Origin: Chrysomallon squamiferum
Lineage: Eukaryota; Animalia; Mollusca
Length of the DNA: 64,000 bases
NCBI GenBank assembly: GCA_012295275.1
Contig: CM022667.1
Location: 12,338,001-12,402,000 of the forward strand
Reading direction: 5' to 3'
In this document: piece after piece, positions 59,007-64,000 of the stretch
Layout of the letters: each line of letters opens with the position of its first letter
Position numbering within the stretch: the stretch's first letter is position 1
Notes under the pieces: generated by a model
What the model saw: only the letters and a program-made list of their open reading frames with translations
Database searches by the model: none
Told to the model about the DNA's origin: nothing
Translations under genes and position numbers: made by a program

Positions 59007-59504
59007 CGAGAAATATGATTGGTTCGTGTGTTCAGTCGTAGCAAGGAAAAGTGACCAATCAAAAAGTGTCACCTTTAGTTAATTATTGAAATTCGGAACA
59101 AATGGTTGTAATTGTATTTGTTGGACACTTAATTTATTGACAGTGCATGAATTATGATACAGTCAATTAAAGCCATCATTTGAATATATATATATATATA
59201 TACATAAATTATGTTAATAATTATATACGTGTATTCATTAGATATCTAACAACACATGATTGTAATCTTTAGGTTATATCTGACATTTGTAATTTGCAGT
59301 CACAGCAGAAGTTATACTTTTTGTTATTATGGTGAGACGCACATAATTTTGTTTGAAACATCGTGAATTTCCCTTTCCTCTTACAGTTTTATAATATTTG
59401 TGTAAATAGAATAATCATTTATCATTTATTATCATTTTGTAATATGAAGCACTGTCATACCAGTGAATGGTTTATTTTTTCTTATCACATATTTGTATTT
59501 TTTT

Positions 59505-59518
59505 AATAAATTAATAAA
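59505..59518 (+). terminator. Putative polyadenylation signals of C1q gene 1
   Basis: Tandem AATAAA (59505-59510, 59513-59518) about 500 nt after the stop, followed by a T/C-rich tract. AATAAA is common in this AT-rich DNA. Confidence 0.4.
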
Positions 59519-59710
59519 CATAATTTTAAATCATAAAACTTTCAGTTTCTTTTACTCATATATTACCTTTCTTTCCCTCGTTTTCTCTGTATCTTTCTCT
59601 TTCTTTCGCTCTTTCTCGGTTTAACTCTCGTTTACTTTTCTCTCATTTTCTTTCATATATTTTTTTTTTTTTTATTTTGTTTTTCACATAATGGCTCTAT
59701 CATCTTCATG

Positions 59711-59792
<82 letters not shown>

Positions 59793-60324
59793 CTTTCTCT
59801 TGTATTATTCTTCTTTTTCTTTTTCCTGCAGCCTTTCCTAAAATATTCTATTTAAAATGATAAATATCTCTAACAACAAACCGACAAATCTTAAATCTAT
59901 TTCTGTAAATTTTCGTCCTCTGCTTCTGTCAATAATAATTATTTGTTCAGTGATGGCGTGGTGCAGACGTTGTGTCCGCCAACAGTTATTCAGTTCCTTC
60001 TGAACGTGCCCAAAGATTACGACGTCGGCCACAGACACGACGTCGCTAAACTTGCACCAGGCTGGTTTTAGCTGAATGTAAGCTGTGAAAACTAACAACA
60101 GCATTCGACTTTATTTTCCAGTGTTTATTTAGAGATTTGAACATGGGTGATCAATGTTAGACGTTTGCTGGTCGTGTTTGGGAAGTAATTTCTTGTGTAA
60201 ATTTACGTGATGGTCATCATGTTGTTAGAACGCATTGTTTCTAGAAATGAATCGCGTTTCAAAAAACATTTGTAAATACAAAATCGTTTGTCAGTCGCAA
60301 TAACAGAAATAAAAAATACAGAGT

Positions 60325-60366
<42 letters not shown>

Positions 60367-60378
60367 ATCTCTACAAAT

Positions 60379-60415
<37 letters not shown>

Positions 60416-61580
60416 CAGATGCAAAGAGCAAATAAAGAGATAGAGAGACAGAGATAGTAAAACATACAGCGGCAGAGAGACAACAGAGAAAAAGAGAGAC
60501 AGGGGCAGAGAGATAAACGACAGAGAGACAAAATCAGTTAGAAAAAGAGAAATGTGGAGAGGAATCAATCATTCATAGAGGCATATATTATTTTCCGAAG
60601 TAAACTTCGTTCTATGGCAAAAAGAAATTTATCTTATCGTCATACTTTGCCACTATTTATGGTGAATGCATGATAAAGATAAATAAATAAATGTGCATCT
60701 GTATGTATATGTGTGTATGTATGTGTTTTGTATATATATACACACAGTTTTCAATATAAATAAGATAATTTATTTTTATATAAAACAAAATATATGTAAT
60801 TTCGTATATAATGTATTGTTTTTAAATCATCCTGTTGTGACATCACAGTCAGTAATTATTTATAATTAAAATGTAAAACAATTAACAATTTTACAGATAT
60901 TACCTTTATTACCAATCATTATTCATAAGACATAACGCCATTCATATAAACTTACTATATGGCCACCGTAGCATTTTTACGTATATATACAACTATGTAA
61001 TTATAATAACTAAATCATGTTTACTATAAAAATATTTATAAAACCCTATTATATCAGTATCTACCAGAACACATTAATGTACACTGAAAAATCTTCTCCA
61101 ATTTTCAGGATTTTGATCAATATATCAGTACCTATACAATAACTGAAGATATACAGTACAAAAATAAAAATATCTACGATTTTCTAAAAATTTGTTTCAA
61201 AGGAAATAAAAAACGAAAAAAAAACCAAAACGATTTTGTTGAAATAATAGCAATGAAAACCTTTGCAAAGATAGACCGATATTCTGAATTCAAAAATGAA
61301 ATACTGTATATATTTTTAACAATGGAATCTTTATATTCAGTTTCATTATATATTATTATAACTTGTTTTCATTCTTTTAACACCGTTATAAATTATTTTC
61401 AAAGAATTATTACTACTATTGGACTGGCATCAGCAACGACAGGTCAATATAATACCTACTTTATTTACATTTCTAATATAAAGTTTTCCCGCATTTATCC
61501 ATTTCTTTTTTTTTTTTTTTTTTACAAATCTCTAAAAGGGATGGGGTGATGTCCAGTTCAGTAAAACATCTAACAACATT

Positions 61581-62010
61581 TTACGGGTCTCTCTCGTTAA
61601 CAATAAAACCTGAAAACGTGCTGTAGAAACCGTGAACATGAGTTCCACCTTGGTACAGTAACCGAATCCAAACACTGTCTCCACTGCGCAGGTTCACGAC
61701 GGCCGAGTTACTTCCGGATCCGTGCGCGTCGTGGGCTCCCGAGTACATCCGGGCTACTTCTTTGTCATTGAGGATGAGCGCCGTTTCGACTTTGGTGTTG
61801 TAGCCGGAAGCACGGTCGCGAAGAAGTAGTACGTGCCCGACAACGGTGCCGTGAATTTGCCCGTCTCCGCGTTGTATCCTTCGCCGTTGTTGGTGATGAT
61901 GGCGTCGAAAAGGACGGTGTCGAGAGGTTGAAGTTCGCGGTTGTAGCTCAGTTTCGTGGAAAAGGCTATATCAGGAAGCTGACTTTTCGCTGCAACAGCA
62001 TTGGCAGCTT
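61581..62010 (-). CDS. Secreted C1q-domain-containing protein 2, exon 2 (gC1q) with 1-nt frameshift at about 61808-61809 (assembly error or young pseudogene)
   Basis: Acceptor ctctcttttag|AA (phase 1). Reads DIAFSTK...LFDAIITNNGEGYNAETGKFTAPLSGTYYFFATVL, then in a shifted frame SGYNTKVETALILNDKEVARMYSGAHDAHGSGSNSAVVNLRSGDSVWIRLLYQGGTHVHGFYSTFSGFIVNERDP-TAA (61583-61581). Adding one base gives a 229-aa product. Confidence 0.9.
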
Positions 62011-62065
62011 CTAAAAGAGAGAACAAATGATGTACCGTCTTGTGATATATGATATATAGTTTTAA

Positions 62066-62132
<67 letters not shown>

Positions 62133-62134
62133 CA

Positions 62135-62184
<50 letters not shown>

Positions 62185-62349
62185 TCTTCTTCTTCTTCTT
62201 CTTCCTCTTCTTGTTACTCATTCAAGATAGCTCACATTAATTATTAAATAAAAATATTAGCTAAATAACATTCAGAATGTAACAGAAACTGAATATTCCG
62301 TCGGATGCTGTTGGAAGCAACCCTTTTTCCTCCTTGATGCTTACATTTT

Positions 62350-62465
62350 ACTATTTCAGTCATAAGAACAATTATTGTGTCCGAGACCGTGGTTATGCTT
62401 ACGCGCCTATGAGAAGGTACGTATAAAAGATATCTTACTGCTGAAAGATACGAGTAACCGAACCA
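62350..62465 (+). mobile_element. Degenerate SINE core (MetaSINE-like) in the intron of C1q gene 2
   Basis: ACCGTGGTTATGCTTACGCGCCTATGAGAAGGTACGTATAAAAGATATCTTACTGCTGAAAGATACGAGTAACC resembles the remembered core GCCGTGGTATGTGCTATCCTGTCTGTGGGATGGTGCATATAAAAGATCCCTTGCTGCTAATCGAAAAGAGTAGCC. Confidence 0.55.
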
Positions 62466-62998
62466 CTATGCAAGAATAAGAATCATAGCGTAAAGTTTAT
62501 AACAAAATTAAACTTATCTGACAATTAAATTTGTTTAATGACTTTTAACCATTAACAATTTATTAAAATTTTATACATTTTTTTTATAAAGAAAAAAAAA
62601 AAAAAAAAGAAAAGAAAGAAAAAGAAAAACATTCGCTGTATTTATTATCAGCAAAGACTGGATAGAGTTTATTAAATTTAGATGATTGCGTTAAATTAAT
62701 CATAATTAATCATGACAGTGGTAGTATTGTATTAGCAGTAATAGTAGTAGTAGTAGTAGTAGCAGTAATAGTAGCCATAGTGACGATAATAATCGCTATA
62801 GTACTAGCACCAGTAGTAGTAATAGTAATAAGTAGTGGTGCTGGTAGCTTCAGCAGTACTAAATGGTTTTTAGAAAAAAGCAGTATCTGGTTACTGACTA
62901 AATTATTTTTAACGTTTCAAAACAAAAACAAAATTGGTCATTTTATTAATGTTACTAATTTTATTTTATTTTTTATTGTTATTTTATTTTTAACTTAC

Positions 62999-63257
62999 CT
63001 CTAGTATCATTTTTCAAGAGCCGAACAGCAGTCCTCAGTTCGTACAGTTCAGTGACGTAAGTTTCCAAGGCTCCTTTCAGCTCCTGCCTGTTATGAATTT
63101 CGTGAAGGAGTTCGCGTTTTAGGGCGTTGATTTCCTTGGTGCAAGTACAGTTGAGAGAAGCGGCGGCCCAGGCGTTGTATCTTGAACCGGATCCTCCTTG
63201 AGCCTCGATCAGCGCAACCAGAAATCCAGCGAGGAGGAAGACGACAAAACTCAACAT
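62999..63257 (-). CDS. Secreted C1q-domain-containing protein 2, exon 1 (signal peptide, CTCTKEI plus coiled coil)
   Basis: gccATG at 63257; MLSFVVFLLAGFLVALIEA signal peptide; helix EINALKRELLHEIHNRQELKGALETYVTELYELRTAVRLLK; donor AGAG|GTAAGT (phase 1). Confidence 0.9.
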
Positions 63258-63264
63258 GGCGCTC

Positions 63265-63302
63265 AGAATGGAGGACCAGTCAGTCGCGCGAGGGCTTTTA
63301 TA
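63265..63302 (-). promoter_or_regulatory. TATA box and Inr-like core promoter of C1q gene 2
   Basis: TATAAAAG on the minus strand (63302-63295) in GC-rich flanks, CCATTCT Inr-like element about 33 nt downstream, ATG 45 nt downstream. Confidence 0.65.
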
Positions 63303-64000
63303 GGGGAGGAAAGGCGCCGGCCGTTTCTGTGCCCAGCAGGAGTTGTGAAAACAAACAGTGGATGTCTTGTTAACAAACATATTCCAGCTGCCATCATCGG
63401 GAGTTGTCGTTCTTCGCCGTCGTCTCTTTTCTGAAACTTTGTCAACAGCGTAAGATTTTCAAATATTTGTTCTTTCAATTTCCGTTCAGTTCCTTAGTAC
63501 TACCCCCACCACCACCATCACCACCACCCACCTTTTTTTTTTTTTTTTTTTTTTTTTTTGAACGCTTGTTCTTTGAGCATGCGCAGAAACTGTTGATTTT
63601 GTTTTTTTTTTTGTCAGAGACGTTTTATTTTTGAATGTAAATAAATGTTGTTCTTTGTGTAGTTTTTTTTGTTTGTTTTTTTTTTTTTTTTTTTTTTTTG
63701 TTGTTTTAAAAACTACAATAATATAAAAGGTTGGAGAAAGATGTCTGAAAATGACTTTTTTAATCCCTAACAGATTTGAAAAAGATTAGGCAGGCATGAT
63801 TTTGTCGTTTAAGAAAAAGGGGAGGGGAAAAAAGAGAAGGAATGACAGAAAGATTTAGGATGAAGGAAATGCCGAGAAAAAAAAAGACATTAAAACAAAG
63901 AAAAAATATGACGTACGTGAACAGAAAGGAAACGATACATATAAAAATAAGGGTAAAAGACCATTATTAGGACAGAGTGAAAGAAAAAATATATGTTAAT

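Noticed and set aside
61754-61810. Programmed ribosomal frameshift in C1q gene 2
   Set aside because: No slippery heptamer or evident stimulatory structure, and the paralogue is in frame at the same site; an indel is simpler.
63258-63380. N-terminal extension of the C1q gene 2 ORF given in the ORF track
   Set aside because: It starts at a non-ATG codon and spans the TATA box; gccATG at 63257 directly precedes the signal peptide.

Overview
AT-rich animal genomic DNA packed with microsatellites, most likely from a gastropod mollusc (inferred from gene content and SINE-like remnants); it is not prokaryotic. Three genes are supported. (1) An Iroquois (Irx, TALE-class homeobox) gene on the minus strand. 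Four coding exons (18535-18476, 17810-17568, 12187-12078, 10009-9633) splice in frame with canonical GT-AG sites. Its 3' exon(s), including the IRO box, were not found and probably lie left of the window. A CCAAT/CRE/GC-box promoter sits at about 18980-19105. (2, 3) A tail-to-tail pair of paralogous two-exon secreted C1q-domain genes (signal peptide, CxCTKEI motif plus coiled coil, gC1q) at 57467-59006 (+) and 63257-61581 (-). The second carries a 1-nt frameshift in its C1q exon. The roughly 38 kb between Irx and the C1q pair has no recognisable gene: CpG-richer enhancer-like patches alternate with SSRs, minisatellites and decayed SINE/LINE pieces. Nearly all other listed ORFs are microsatellite artefacts. 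I found no demonstrably novel system. The best leads are the C1qDC pair, a possible unannotated plus-strand gene whose exons would flank C1q gene 1, and Irx regulatory features.
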